Assembly (NCBI GenBank): GCA_951406725.2
Contig: OX597816.1
Location: forward strand, 49,290,001-49,354,000
Reading direction: 5' to 3'
Length of the DNA stretch: 64,000 nucleotides
Origin: Octopus vulgaris
Lineage: Eukaryota
Numbering within the stretch: position 1 is the stretch's first letter; every line of letters begins with the position of its first letter. The notes below the pieces were generated by a model. It did no database searches. It was not told the origin of the DNA and saw nothing but the letters and a program-made list of their open reading frames with translations. The position numbers and the translations under genes were made by a program. Shown one piece after another: positions 26,071 to 42,343 of the stretch.

Positions 26071-27707
26071 CAAGAATATATATAAACATATATTTACATA
26101 CACATGTTTAGATCCGCAGACTTAGTCTGCACACTTACATACGTATATGCTCATACATACTTACGTACGTACATACATACATATGCATCATTTACGCATA
26201 TACATAATACATACATACACACATACATGTACACATATACATACATCCATGCATACACATTTACATACTCAAACACGCATATCACGAACCTAGTGTTACT
26301 TTCGCAGATGCAGCACGAAATGTTGTCAGTAAACAGGGTGCGGTTTCAAAACTGTAAAACTATTTTGACAAAGGCAAAATTAAAATGTTTAAATGAAACT
26401 GACGGTATTTTTGTCTTCTTGAATGGCTTACAAACACCTTCGCCGAAAGTGTGTGTATGTGTGTGTATAGTGCCTGTGTACGTGTGCTTATGTGCGTGTG
26501 TGTGTGTTTTGCGATGCCAATAAAATTACATATCTCAGAAGGGCGGATCGTTACGCAGCAGAATGATAACTCATCGCCAAAAGAACCAAGACAAAAACAC
26601 GTTGCAAACATTGCAGAAACGGTCTTACCAAATTTCAAAATATTTTCCCTCTACAAGTGCTCAGATTCTCTCAACCAACAACAAGGACTAAATTAAGAAA
26701 GGCAATTTATTAACGAGTATAAGCCACAATTAAATATAGACCAACTCACTACCAACCAATAAATAAGCACAGATACTTAAAAACAATTGTATGCGTATTA
26801 TTGTTTTGAAAAATACTTCCTATCACTTCCTATATATAATTCCAATATATGTATGTATGTATATATCTATGCGTGTATATATATATGCCTACACACACGT
26901 GCGCGCGCGCGCACACACACACACAAAAGCATACACACGCATACAAAAGAAAACATCAAAAGCACACAGGCACACACACACAACTCTGTACAAGAACAGT
27001 AACACACACACACACACACAAAATAAAACATAACAAAATCACACTCGCACACACGCAGAAGCACACCTACACACTCAAGCACTCATACACACAGAGGAAT
27101 ACACACATACATACAGGTAGAGACACTAAAAAGAATACATCTAACCTAAAAGAAAATCCTAATTCTTTCTTCAACAAGACATTCGTCACACCATACTCAC
27201 CCATCAACACACAGCTAGTCACCTTCCACACATATTGAAAGGACATTCAGCACAATACACTTAAACACACAAACACACACACAAACACGCACACAAGCAT
27301 AAACACACACAAACACACACATACACACACAAACACACAGGCACTAACACCCTTGGACATAAAACCCATTCAATAAATACTTTTTAGCCCAATCCCCTGG
27401 CAGGAACACACAAAGATTCTTTTTAGACAATATACAACTACACTCCTTTTTTACTCTCTAACACTTCGAACTCTATACCAAACTATATTTAAAGGAAGAA
27501 ATATCTCCAGACATGTCCTTGACCCCCCCCCCCCCAGACAGACCATAAACCATTTTCACTTCAATTTTTTATAAATTTTTACAGATATTTTATAAGATGA
27601 TATTCATCATCGAAACCGGTAATATTTTCTTTGAATAATTTTTTTCAGTCATTTTTGTTAAGTTCCTTCTTAAATATCTTAGACTTACCTCTGTGCTATT
27701 TCCACCT

Positions 27708-27825
<118 letters not shown>

Positions 27826-28651
27826 TGAATATATATATATATATATATACACGTATATACACACACACACACATATATATATACATACATAGACATACAT
27901 ACATGCATACATATACATATATACATACAATTATGCATACATACATACATACATACATACATACATACATACATACATACATACATACATACATACGTAC
28001 GTACGTACGTACGTACGTGAATGGATTGCAGCGTTTCTACTTACTAAATCACATTCAGACGTGACAAGTCACCTTTTGTTTATGGTCTAAATGGCGGAAA
28101 TATTGACATGCGATAATATCGAATCAACATCTACTTAATTACGAAGTATAATAATTAATCACACACCCATGTCCTTCTAAACTGTAGTTCATACTCTATT
28201 GCTCAGACATATATTGTCTGATATCCACGTCAGTTATACGGGCATATATTGTGGCAATGAAGTTTTGCAAAGTATATGAGGATTATTTTACTGGATTGTC
28301 ATTGAGCATTTGATACATTTGATACATTACAATTATAAAGTGAAAGCAAATGCAGAATCGTGATTTTAACTGAACGCAAGATAAAATAAATTCTTTCAAC
28401 ATTATACTGTTACATAAGGTCAGACGGCCGGATCGTTACGCAACAGAATGATAAACCATCGCCAAAAGATCCGAGACAAAAACACATTGCAACCTTTGCA
28501 GGAATGGTCTTACCAAATTTCAAAATATTTTCCCTCTACATGTGTTCAGATTCTTTCAACCAACAGCAGTATCCGGGGAAGTTGACTGGAGTGAATGGTA
28601 AATGCAAACACGGTGCCTAATAGATTCAGGTGTATGCCATTAGAAGCCGTA

Positions 28652-29041
28652 GTGGAGGCGCAATGGCCCAGTGGTTAGGGGGCGGACTCGCGGTCATAGG
28701 ATCGCGGTTTCGATTCCCAGACCAGGCGTTGTGTGTGTTTATTGAGCGAAAACACCTAAAAAGCTCCACAAGGCTCCGGTAGGGGATGGTGGTGATCCCT
28801 GCTGTACTCTTTCACCACAACTTTCTCTCACTCTTACTTCCTGTTTCTGTTGTACCTGTATTTCAAGGGGCCGGCCTTGTCACTCTCTGTGTCACGCTGA
28901 ATATCCCCGAGAACTACGTTAAGGGTGCACGTGTCTGTGGAGTGCTCAGCCACTTACACGTTAATTTCACGAGCAGGCTGTTCCGTTGATTCGGATCAAC
29001 CGAAACCCTCATCGTCGTTACCGTCGGAGTGCTTCCATATT
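28652..29041 (+). mobile_element. SINE family A, full length
   Basis: 15-bp TSD ccattagaagccgta at 28637-28651 and 29042-29056. Confidence 0.95.
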
Positions 29042-30148
29042 CCATTAGAAGCCGTAACATACATTAACTTTGAAGAAATATTTGTATTGTAAGTGAATTG
29101 AAATAGCTCTTATCAGGAATTGAAACTTCACCGTTAACTATGGTCACTGTGAAATGATTAAATTACGTGAGTAACAGCAAAACAAAAAAAGGGGTTTTAA
29201 AGAATGTTAAAACAATTACATTTTTCTACATACGATATAAATTCGCCGAAGGCATGAGTTAAGTTATATGCTTGTCTCATGATACATCAACATAACCGTT
29301 ATTTATCTTCTACTTCTGTAGTTTTCTTACCGATAAATAACCTCTTCTAATGTTCTACTTATAAGATCGAGTCCAAACGTTAATGCCATTCTTAAAATCC
29401 AGTTATGTTGGAATAGCATGGAGGGATGTGAATATTCAACTTTCAAGTATCTGTCTTAAGAGAAAAAGAAAATGAGGAGTATGGAGACAATTCTTTGCAG
29501 TTTAAAATTTGAAACGTTGGAGAAGAATTAAATAAATCTGCAGAAGATACGTTTTATAGTTCTGGCGGCGTTCCTTTTCATCCACTAGCAACACCTGCCG
29601 GATATCTCAATATTATTCAATAAATTATCAATTATCTCTGCCTGGTTATGATTTTATTATTATCAGGGCAATATGAGACTTTTCATCTCTTCTTTTTTAT
29701 TTGATAGCAGAAACCGCATTCGATAATTGAAACAACAGTAAAATATTTTTAAAATGTCTTCCAACTGCATTCTCCCACAGAATACACAAAAAAGTCATAT
29801 ATGAATAACTACAAATTATTTAATTCAATCAAATATGATTACTTTGAAGTGTTCATAGATTTAGGAATAGGTTACCAAAATTGGATGCTTTTAGATATCT
29901 ATTAATTTACAATTTGAAAGGATTTCACCACAGAGAAAGCGGTGAAGAACTGTTAGAGTATTGGCAAAAATCATTTGCATTATTTCTACCGATTCATAAC
30001 GTTGTATTTTTAAATTTCAGCTTTTTAAAAATTTCATCCTTGTGTCACCAACAAAGTAAGTACCGTTTTAGTACTGGGTTAAGCATAATCAACTTACCAC
30101 TCCCATTAATTGCTAGCATCGTGCAAAAATTTACAAGAATTTACAAGA

Positions 30149-30562
30149 GGCGCAGGAGTGGCTGTGTGGTAAGTAGCTTGCTAACCAACCACATGGTTCC
30201 GGGTTCAGTCCCACTGCGTGGCATCTTGGGCAAGTGTCTTCTGCTATAGCCCCGGGCCGACCAATGCCTTGTGAGTGGATTTGGTAGACGGAAACTGAAA
30301 GAAGCCTGTCGTATATATGTATATATATATGAGTGTGTGCATATGTTTGTGTGTCTGTGTTTGTCCCCCTAGCATTGCTTGACAACCGATGCTGGTGTGT
30401 TTACGTCCCTGTCACTTAGCGGTTCGGCAAAAGAGACCGATAGAATAAGTACTGGGCTTACAAAGAATAAGTCCCGGGGTCGATTTGCTCGACTAAAGGC
30501 GGTGCTCCAGCATGGCCGCAGTCAAATGACTGAAACAAGTAAAAGAGTAAAGAGTAAAGAGT
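30149..30562 (+). mobile_element. SINE family C (tRNA head, CORE-like central segment, internal TA/TG tract)
   Basis: Head ggcgcaggagtggctgtgtggtaag..gggttcagtccc; central catcttgggcaagtgtcttc; tail (agagta)n-like. Confidence 0.9.
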
Positions 30563-31019
30563 AATTATTAGACTGGCAGAAATGTCAGAACATCTGTTCC
30601 AGTTCATCGATAAGAGTGCTCAACGAGTACTTATTTCAGTGACCCCGAAAGTTTGAAAGCAAAGTCAACCTCGGTGGAATTTGAACTTAGAATGTAAAAC
30701 ACGAAGATGGGACACTAAACGTCTTTTCTGGTGAGACAAACATTCTGTAAGCTCACTGTCCGAATAATTATAATGATGTCATTTTCTGGTTGTGGGCCAA
30801 CAATTTCGAGGGAAGAGTAAGTCGAGTCAATCGACTCCAGTACTCAACTAACTGATCTATCAACCCCGAAATGAGGAAAGGCAAAGTCGACCCCGGCGAC
30901 GATTGAATTCAGAAGGAAAAGACGGACGATGTACTGCTAAACATTGTGCCGGGGTGTAAAGGTTCAGCCAGTTCCCTACCTTAATAATAATAATAACAAC
31001 AATAACAATAACAATCATG

Positions 31020-32520
<1,501 letters not shown>

Positions 32521-33756
32521 AACAACAACAACAACAATAATAGTAATAATAATAATAATAATAAAAACTGAATATTATAATTCATCCTTCATATAAGTTA
32601 GAGAACTCAATTATCGATAATATATTCACTCTTCTTATTCAAATGATTTGATTACATTTCGTCTTCACGGCTCCTTTATGGACACTAGTGTATGTAAAAC
32701 CATAAATAAATAGACAGAAATTCTTGTATCGATTCGATTGACTATACTCTTCCCTTATAATTTGCTGACTTTGTGCCGATGTAAGATATTTTTATTGTTA
32801 TTTTTGTGTCATAACGAAAATTATTTTGATTGTACTTAATCATATTTTACATTCGAATGTGAAGCTGTAAGATGCAGAAATGTACGTGAACTTTTAAACT
32901 ATAAATTATAAGATGGAACACGCATAGTATTATGTTTCTGGTTGCTGTCACTGTTGCGAATCAATTGTAGCTTCATGTTCCCATTTTATTCTTACGATCT
33001 AGATGATATCTTTACGACCATCCATTAGTTTCATAAAATTCTATGGTATATGACCGAAATACGTGATCTTTTGTAAAAGAAAGAAATATGAATTCGGCGT
33101 GTAAGACTCTAGACCTCGATACCATATAATTTCTGGTAAAATGTATGTTTCTTTCATCTCGAACTGCCAAAGTAGCGCATTTTATTCGATTATTAAGCTT
33201 TATATCACTGATTTTCATTTCTTTGGTAACCTTTTTATCACCATCAATTTTCAGACAATTGATCTTGTAAGAGAAATGTTGCCTTCTACATTTCAGTATA
33301 GATGTTTATTAGTTTCAACCAATCTGAACTTGCTACTTCCAGGTGGCAACGAGCTGAGAGAGCAAAACGGTTTCGATTTCTTATTTGAAGTGGTTCTTAT
33401 ACATTATTTTCAATAGTTTTTTACTTCCTTCTTTCACCGTATCCGAGTGCGGAGAAAATCAGATATGGTCTTTTGTCCAGGCCAGAAATGCTAAATGATA
33501 ATGATAATTTTGATGACGAAACATATTCACTTTTCTAAATGCTATATAGTTAAAGAGTACTTAGTGAGTACGAGAGAGATCTATTTATGCTAAAAGAGTT
33601 TTAATATTTCCTTTCGAAAGTTCACAGATGGAGACTGGAGAATAACTATTGATGCGATACGAGCAATGTTAAAATAACTTAAGCAACTGAGAACCCGATA
33701 TTGGCCGAGCGAATGTTATATACGCACACACAACTCCTGAGTTGCCGTTTAAATAA

Positions 33757-33974
33757 TCCTTTCTACTGTAGGCACAAGGCCTGAAATGTGGTGGAAGTGA
33801 CTAGTCGATTACATCGAACCCAGTGTTTTACTGGTACTTAATGTATCGACCCCGAAAAGATGAGATGAAGTGCAAAGTAGACCACGGTGGAATTTGAACT
33901 TAGAACATAATGACAGACGAAATGTCGCTAAGCATTTCGTCCAGCGTGCTAATGATTGTGCTAGATCACCGCCT
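33757..33974 (-). mobile_element. SINE family B
   Basis: Full consensus match; TSD-like tgccgt(t/c)t(a/t)aataa on both sides. Confidence 0.85.
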
Positions 33975-35344
33975 CTGCCGTCTTAATAACGCATATCTGC
34001 TGACCTAGCAATTGGCTACGAACATGCAGGAAAATCCACATGGGTTTGACCAGATAATATTCAAATAGTCATTAAGTGAAATCGAAAAAAAATCCAAGAT
34101 TCAAATCACCACATGTTGCTTCTATATTTTCATTCTGGCGCGGAATATCCTCCAATGGGTTTTCTATGTAAAGCTTTTAAACTGTACCTATCAGTCAGCT
34201 GTTTCTTAATTTCATGAGATTTTCACGGAGAAATACGTGATAGTTACAGCGTATAGATACAAATGATCCCCTTCATAAGTGAGACATGAGAGACGGCTCA
34301 GTTAGAATTTCATTACGTTGCTCTTAAAATTTAATTTTTTCTGATTAGCTTACATGGACTACCACTAGCGTCTTTCTGCTTAAGCGTTTTACTCTGAAAT
34401 TTAAAGGGATTTCTTTATTCTATTTTGTCGATTATATAAACAGAGGTTTATTCATATTACAACTTTTGTCTCGGAAAATAAATGATCACTGTCTGAAATG
34501 ATGCATTAGCTTGTTTCATCCAATGGTGCCATAGCTATACTGAAGCATACACCAGAAAATTTTAATATTTTCGCATATTTTACTTTGTGAGTTCAAATTA
34601 TGCCAGGATTGACTTTGCCTTTCATTCTCTCGGCATCGATACAATAAGTACCAGTTGATCATTGGGATCGATGTAATCAACTTACCACCTTCTCCGAAAT
34701 TTCTCGTCTTGTCCCAACTAATATTTCTACATACTAAGGTGGCGAGCTGGCAGAATCACTATCGCCGCACTATTTTTATCTAATGTTATTTTGTCCGTCT
34801 TTACGTTCTGGGTTCAAATCCGATGAAGACGACTTTGCCTTTCTTTCTACACCAATGAAATAAGAACCAATTGTGCATAATGGTAGACTTACCCCTATCC
34901 CGCCGAAATTGCTGCCCTTGTGCCAAAATGTGGAAACCATTATTTCTGCATACTAATCAGTGAGACGGCAGAATTGTACGAACATCGCTGGCCATAATAT
35001 GCTAACATATGAAACAAATAGTTTTGCTCACTGGGTTGAATGTTTTTTCGACGACAATGAGATGTTAGAAGAAATACATGGCGAAACATCTATGAGCACT
35101 ATCTCATTCTTTTAAAAACCATTTAAAGAAATAAATTGGTGTTTTAAAGTTAAATATTGCAAATTATTTACAGCTCGATTGTAAAAGTTTCGAGAGCTAC
35201 GAAGTTTTCTAATTTTTGTAGCATAATCTGTCTTCAGAAGATATAAATCTTTAACTGTTAATTTCATTTTCGGGTGAGTTTTGTGAGTTCAACTAAAAGT
35301 TCACAATTTTGTCGGTGCATTATAACTAATTTATGTATATTCGC

Positions 35345-35431
<87 letters not shown>

Positions 35432-35669
35432 TATACATGTATATATGCATATATATGTATATATATATACATACATATAAATGTATATGTATACATACAC
35501 ATATATATGTATATATATACATAAACATATATGTATATATTCATACATATATATGTATACATACATATATATATATGTGTATATATATGTATATATACAT
35601 ATATACATACATGTATGTGTATATATATATTCATATATATATATATGCATATATATACATATATATGTC

Positions 35670-35721
<52 letters not shown>

Positions 35722-35736
35722 GCATACACGTATATG

Positions 35737-35768
<32 letters not shown>

Positions 35769-35780
35769 CATATGTATATA
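35345..35780. repeat. (TA)n and degenerate TA/TACA microsatellite
   Basis: Directly visible. Confidence 0.95.
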
Positions 35781-36563
35781 AATTAGAAAAAAACACCTTT
35801 TATCAATTCAAAATGAACAATTAAATTACACCATCTACAAAATTTCATATAATAGAAATATTAAAAAAAATATAACAATAATATACCAATGAGTAAGTAA
35901 ATTGCAAAATAATAATAAAAACGTATATATTTAGTAGAATAACGCACGTGTTTCGTGGCTATATTTAAGAAATGATTATAGCATAAAAAATATAGTAAAA
36001 TTACTCGATATAAATGTCATCAGGTTAAACATAAACTAGAATAATAAATAAACAAAATAATAAATAATTAATTAATAAATATACGTAAAAAATCTTTGGA
36101 AATATAGGCTGTGAAATCGTTAATGAGATATAATAATAAATTATGGACTAGGAAGGATACTAGAAACTTTTTTGATATTCCTATCGGGACACATGATTCT
36201 GCTCAGGTTACTGATTTAGTAGGTATTTATTTATTATCAGAACTTCAATTAGAAAATTTAAATTTGGAGGATGGTTTATATAGGGATGACAATTTATTAC
36301 TTACTAGGGATTGTACTAATAGAAAACTACTATTAAGTTTTTTTACTATAATTTCTTTTACTATAATCATTTCTTAAATATAGCCACTAACCACGTGTCG
36401 TTATTCCACCTAATATATACGCTTTTATTATTATTTTGCAATTTACGTAATCATTGGTATATTAATGTTCTTTTATTTTTAATATTTCTATTCTATGTAA
36501 TTTTCTAGATGGTATAATTTAATTGTTCATTTTGAATTGATAAAAGGTGTTTTTTCAAATTTT
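35781..36563 (+). mobile_element. Second PLE family relic: inverted 5' pLTR + RT fragment + partial 3' pLTR
   Basis: Inverted arms of about 200 bp (35781-35990 and 36350-36563). The ORF at 36111-36377, FDIPIGTHDSAQVTDLVGIYLL..GLYRDD, resembles the FDVxMGSxDGAEVCELVG..GLYRDD RT type. Embedded in TA microsatellites. Confidence 0.8.
35940..36027 (-). ncRNA. Hammerhead motif with extended stem II, damaged (U16.1 missing)
   Basis: taac-CTGATGA-(about 60 nt including a gctata/tatagc hairpin)-GAA-ACACGTG-C-gtta. The inverted copy at 36392-36404 keeps cacgtgtc-gtta. Confidence 0.55.
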
Positions 36564-36660
36564 TATATATATATATTATATTTTGATTTAGTATTTCTAT
36601 ATTGAATTTTTCCCTGTAAATTAGGAATAATATACCGTCAAATAATTATTATATATACAT

Positions 36661-36694
<34 letters not shown>

Positions 36695-36747
36695 ACATAC
36701 ATATGTATATATATACATATGTGTACATATTGTACATGTACATATGT

Positions 36748-36814
<67 letters not shown>

Positions 36815-37189
36815 TATACATACATATATATACATACACATATATATGACAGGTAGTATGTCCTCCCGATCAAACTCTGGTTAGGAAAGTTATTTCCTTG
36901 GAAAGTAAAGTAGTTTAAAACGCACAAAACAAGTTGCCTTCTGTAATACAGCTGTAATATTAATACCATAACGAATAGTATTCAGATATATAGAAGACAA
37001 ACTGTATACGAACCATTAATCACGTGATGAACACAGAAAATATATTATAAAATAATGATCGATAATATCCTTCTAGAACAAGAGTCATAAAGATTTATAA
37101 ATGGAGTGTTAATTCCTGTTTTCCGCTTTTTTCGCTTAGGGAATAATGAAATGTTTGACACCGTGAGAGAATTGCTATCATCGGAAAGC

Positions 37190-39110
37190 TTACAAGAATT
37201 AATTCCTAATTTTGTAATAATGATATTGATACACTGGCAAACTATACCACTCAGTGGTATCTACTCTTCTCTTGGCACGTTATTATTTTCTTTATATGAC
37301 TTGGGTACAGAGACAACTAAACGTCGCTGAGAAGATGTGAATCTCTGCCCGGTTTCCGGTTGTTTGTTGACATGGTGATTCTTTTTGTAGATATATATAC
37401 ATCATTATGAAACCATCAACTACAGTTTTTCTTACGTTAACTCTTGGCAAATGCAGGATTGATCTACTCTCTGTAACTAGAGGTTCGTTTTTCTTTTTTC
37501 TTTTAAATGTTTAGCTATAATCTTTCTTGTAACAAATTTGGATGCAACCCGCAAATGCTATATCCTACATCACTGTAGTCGGAGGGCCTTGTGCTCTCCT
37601 CTTTTAGATTAGAATTTGACAACTACAATACAGTTAAGTTTAGGAACTTATATGAGTTAGAATTTATTACTGAAAAATTATGAAGACTTCAAGAAATTCC
37701 ATGAAGTCATTTGCAGAACTAATGAGTAGTTTTATTTTCATTTTTGCTTTCTCTTTAAATATACACATTTGTATATAGGCTTAAATAATCAGAAAAAGAT
37801 AAACATCGTTTTGATGAAATTCAGTTTCCTGTTGGTGTTTCGAGTTTTCAATTATAATCACTTTCAAATCAAGTTGTGGCAAGCTGTACTTGTTGAAATC
37901 CTATATTTTAATTGCTATAGTGATACAATACAGCATTTATGAAATATTTAAATTTAAATTGATTTGTTATTCAGTAAAGCAACTGTACCAGTATATCATG
38001 TGCTACAACTAACATAGATGCACAGAGTCTTATATGTGAAATATTTATGTTTTCCTATATGCTGGAAAAGGCGCAGTATTATATTTGCTATTGTGACACT
38101 AACGATTAGGCTTTCTATTTTTATGTGCCTCGGTCATGATGATATGAGCAGCTCCCACATAATGATTCGCATTAAACAATTCGTTAATACTATTTCAAAT
38201 ATATGTAGCAGTTATTGCAAATGGAAAGCGATAAACGTCTCAGTTGACGTAAAAACCTATATATTGATGGGAAAACAACTATGCGTAAGGGAAATCTGCT
38301 AGGGGAACTTAATGCTATAATCAAACAATCGAATAAGTTACCGATACATGAAAAAATGAAGGTAAAATTTCGTTTGCGTAATATTCTACTACGTATACTG
38401 AGAATGTTACATATATTACTCACATATATTCATTAATATATATATATCCATACAAAACGAAAAAAAAAGAATCCATCTAACGGTGTTAAGGCACAATTTG
38501 TGGCTCTCAATAATGTCTTATCTGTCATTCACTGGAACGAGCAGAGTAAATCTAGACATGATATTATCAAATATTCCGAGTCCCAATAGAAACATATCCC
38601 TGCAGTTAAAATAATTTAATCTATTATGCACAGAATATAATGGAACTAGGGTATTCAGAAAGCATTGATTAGCGAGTAAATTAAAATTTATAAATATTAT
38701 TTGGACATACATTTAATGTCCTAAGCTATACGTAAATGGAGAATATTAATCGACGTAAAATTTGTCTCTGTAGTAATTCTGTCATAGACTTGAAATCACG
38801 ATGTCATAGATACAGCGGAAACAATGCAATTGTAAATAATAAACATCAAATTTAATGCTGTTAGACACTAATATGGAAGGTGAACAAACACACAGTATAG
38901 TAACATTATTTTCTCTGACATTTTTTTCTCCCAAAGCATTAAATTGAATTTGAACATTTTTTCGACTTATTTCTGGTTATTCATTTATATTTTGTTCTCT
39001 ATTGTTTTTGATTGACATGCAAATCTGGTGAGGCAGGCGAAGCCGGAAGTAGCGTTCGGAATTTATTATATCAATTTCAATCTACAAGCTCATAAAGAAC
39101 TCGCAAGTGT
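37190..39110 (+). pseudogene. Decayed class A (rhodopsin-like) GPCR relic
   Basis: Ordered fragments across frames: LIPNFVIMILI, FVDMVILF (TM1-like); MKPSTTVFLTLTL..DLLS (TM2); ICEIFMF..SIIFAIVTLTIR (TM3); ILMGKQLC (ECL2); YSHIFINIY..KRKK (TM5); IVTLFSLTFFSP (TM6); NLLYQF (TM7). Confidence 0.35.
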
Positions 39111-39401
39111 GTCGATTAGTTGAGCCATTGTGATAAATGACAGAGATAGTTCCAATTTTAATTGCTTCTCTCCGCTCGAAACACACTTCTCCTCCGTCTC
39201 TCTAAACTGTCTAATTATTTGTTAAACTGCCGTTATGCTGCTGCTGCTATTATAGAAATAATGGCACTAAGCAGGACCACGAATGACAGTTGTTTCCGTT
39301 GTTGCTTCCATAACTTAACCTTAAAAGTGCAAGAAAATATCTAAGACTTACAGACATGGGGTAACCATGTAGTATTCAACAAGGTCAAATAGTATTAGTA
39401 T

Positions 39402-39457
<56 letters not shown>

Positions 39458-39459
39458 AA

Positions 39460-39842
39460 GACACAAAGCCTGAAATTTGGTGAGAAGGAAGAACTCGATT
39501 ACATCCACACCAGTGTTTCACTGGTACCTAATTTATCGACTCCGTAAGGATGAAAGGCAAAGTCGACCTCGGCGGAATTTGAACTTAAAACGTAGCGACG
39601 GATGACATACCTATTTCTTTACTACCCACAAGGGGCTAAACACAGAGGAGACAAACAAGGAGAGACAAACGGAGTAAGCCGATTATATCGACCCAAGTGC
39701 ATAACTAGTACTTATTTAATCGACCCCGAAAGGATGAAAGGCAAAGTCGACCTCGGCTGAATTTGAACTCAGAACGTAACGGCAGACGAAATACGGCTAC
39801 GCATTTCGCCCGGCGAGCTAACGTTTCTGCCAGCTCGCCGCC
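39460..39842 (-). mobile_element. SINE family B tandem dimer
   Basis: A full copy at 39611-39842 with the long tail is joined to a 5'-truncated copy at 39460-39610. Flanked by (TAG)n and (TAA)n. Confidence 0.88.
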
Positions 39843-39846
39843 TTTC

Positions 39847-39904
<58 letters not shown>

Positions 39905-40410
39905 TGATGATGATGATGATTGCCCTAATGCAATATCAGGTACTGGCTCTCATGGCTTCTGATATCAATTGGAAGTGCTATCATGTACAAGTTCTGTCTT
40001 GGTGTAAAAAAAAATGCTACAGCAAAAATTCTACTGAATAACACAGATTTATTTGTCAGTTATTTGACCTGAACCAGTTGAGCATGTCCCTTGGTCTTTG
40101 GCAATATGTGAATCACTGAACACTAACAGAAGTAGTGGAGGAGCATCATAGCAATATGTTGAGAATTCTCGAAACATGAATGTTTTGTTGAGTATCCTTA
40201 AGCAATTCTTATTCAGCGATATTTTGAGCGAGATGCGCTTACTCGACCTGAAGAAAATTCTAACTGGGCCCCACCTACAAGATCATGCACTGTTTGTCTC
40301 GATATGAGATCATCAAGTCACGCACATATGGTTGTGATGCAAAATAAGTTCACTGGTGGTGAACAGCTGACACTGTAGTACCTCTCCAGTGTTAGAAGCT
40401 GTGCAAAGGC

Positions 40411-40459
<49 letters not shown>

Positions 40460-40570
40460 GTGACGATGATGAGGCGAAGGATTATGATAGGGCAGTCAGA
40501 TGAAGTATACGTTAGATTGAGGAGATACATATATATATACATAAATAAATGAATATATATATATGTGTAT

Positions 40571-40623
<53 letters not shown>

Positions 40624-41084
40624 TGTGTGTGTATATATACATGCATACACTGTGAGAGTTTACATAAAATCGGTTGAGGAGAAAAATCAAATGCAAAATA
40701 CCACTTGTAACATCTTAGAGCATATAATCTTCTGCATAAGGAAATAAAATGAAGATTGCAAACTTACGAACAAACTTAATTTGAAATGAATAACTAAAAA
40801 ATAAAAAAAAATCTTTGACATTTTCTGGAATTAAAGGAAAAATGTATAAAGAAACTTTTAAAGACTACAATGGTAAATTTTGAAAAAGTGTCTGAAAATG
40901 CTATAAACATCTTGAAAGAGGAATACAAAATCTTCTAAGTCTGAAGTCATAATATTGTTTTCATTTTAACTCTAAGAATGTGCAGCTATGCATGTATTTG
41001 CATGTAAATTATGCGCACGTACAACCCTAACACACACGTAGTGCACGTCTGTCATCCACAGATAGACACGCACCGTTATGTATA

Positions 41085-41206
<122 letters not shown>

Positions 41207-41386
41207 ATGTGCGTGTGGTTACGGCAGCGGACTCGCGGTCGTAGGATTGCTGTTTCGATTCCCAGATCGGCCGTTGCGAGTGGTTATTGAGCGAAAACAC
41301 CTAAAGCTCCACGATGCTCCGACGGTGCGGGGCATTTATACCGAACACTGCATGTTCTTATCTCTCTCACTCTTTCTTCATGTTTA

Positions 41387-41425
<39 letters not shown>

Positions 41426-41437
41426 TATATACTATAT

Positions 41438-41485
<48 letters not shown>

Positions 41486-41490
41486 TATAT

Positions 41491-41536
<46 letters not shown>

Positions 41537-41716
41537 TATATAAAAGGGCTTAGTAAAATATATTACTTTGCCGCATACTGAACTCATTAGAAATAGCAGC
41601 TAAAAAACTTTTTTAAAACTATTTCTAATACTTAAAGAAAACCTCTCTCATATAGTGTTTGCTCAACTCAACTCACGAAAGTTTGGGGGTAAAGACATCA
41701 AAAAATCAAATGCAAA

Positions 41717-41783
41717 GGTTATTTGAGAACGTACGTTTCAAGATTAGTCAACACGACACTTCTATCATCAGCTCAGAAACTCC
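41717..41783 (-). ncRNA. Type I hammerhead ribozyme motif, unit 1
   Basis: gtttctgag-CTGATGA-t-aga-agt-gtc-gtgtt-gac-taa-tct-t-GAA-ACGTACGT-T-ctcaaataac. Palindromic stem III; stem I tgag/ctca plus gtt/aac; non-canonical U-U closure of stem II. Confidence 0.65.
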
Positions 41784-42276
41784 TTGGTTTGGATTTGAAA
41801 ACACTGAAGGTGAGAGCATACCCTTTCGGCTTCTCATCGCTTTCGAAGATCTGCTCGTAACTAACAGTGCCAACAAACTCAAATATGCAAGCGAAGAATT
41901 TCTGTTCTCCCCTTTCCACCAGCGTGGGTTAAAATCAGCAAACACTATGCTTATTTCGGTAAAATCCGAAGCATTAATTAGAGGGAGATTAATTATAATT
42001 TCAACAATTGAGGGTAAAATTAATTAATTATTAATCGATTTCACCAAGTGTTCAGTATGCAAAGGGACCATTTAAGGCGAATTCAAATTATTACATTATA
42101 TAAAAGGGCTTAGTAAAATAAATTACTTTGCCGCATACTGAACTCATTAGAAATAGCAGCTAAAAAACTTTTTTAAAACTATTTCTAATACTTAAAGAAA
42201 ACCTCTCTCATATAGTGTTTGCTCAACTCAACTCACGAAAGTTTGGGGGTAAAGACATCAAAAAATCAAATGCAAA

Positions 42277-42343
42277 GGTTATTTGAGAACGTACGTTTCA
42301 AGATTAGTCAACACGACACTTCTATCATCAGCTCAGAAACTCC
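42277..42343 (-). ncRNA. Type I hammerhead ribozyme motif, unit 2
   Basis: Identical to the unit 1 motif, 560 bp away. Confidence 0.65.

Noticed and set aside
35264-35824. Numerous poly-IY, poly-I, poly-N and poly-CV ORFs here and throughout the ORF track
   Set aside because: They are translations of stop-free microsatellites, not genes.
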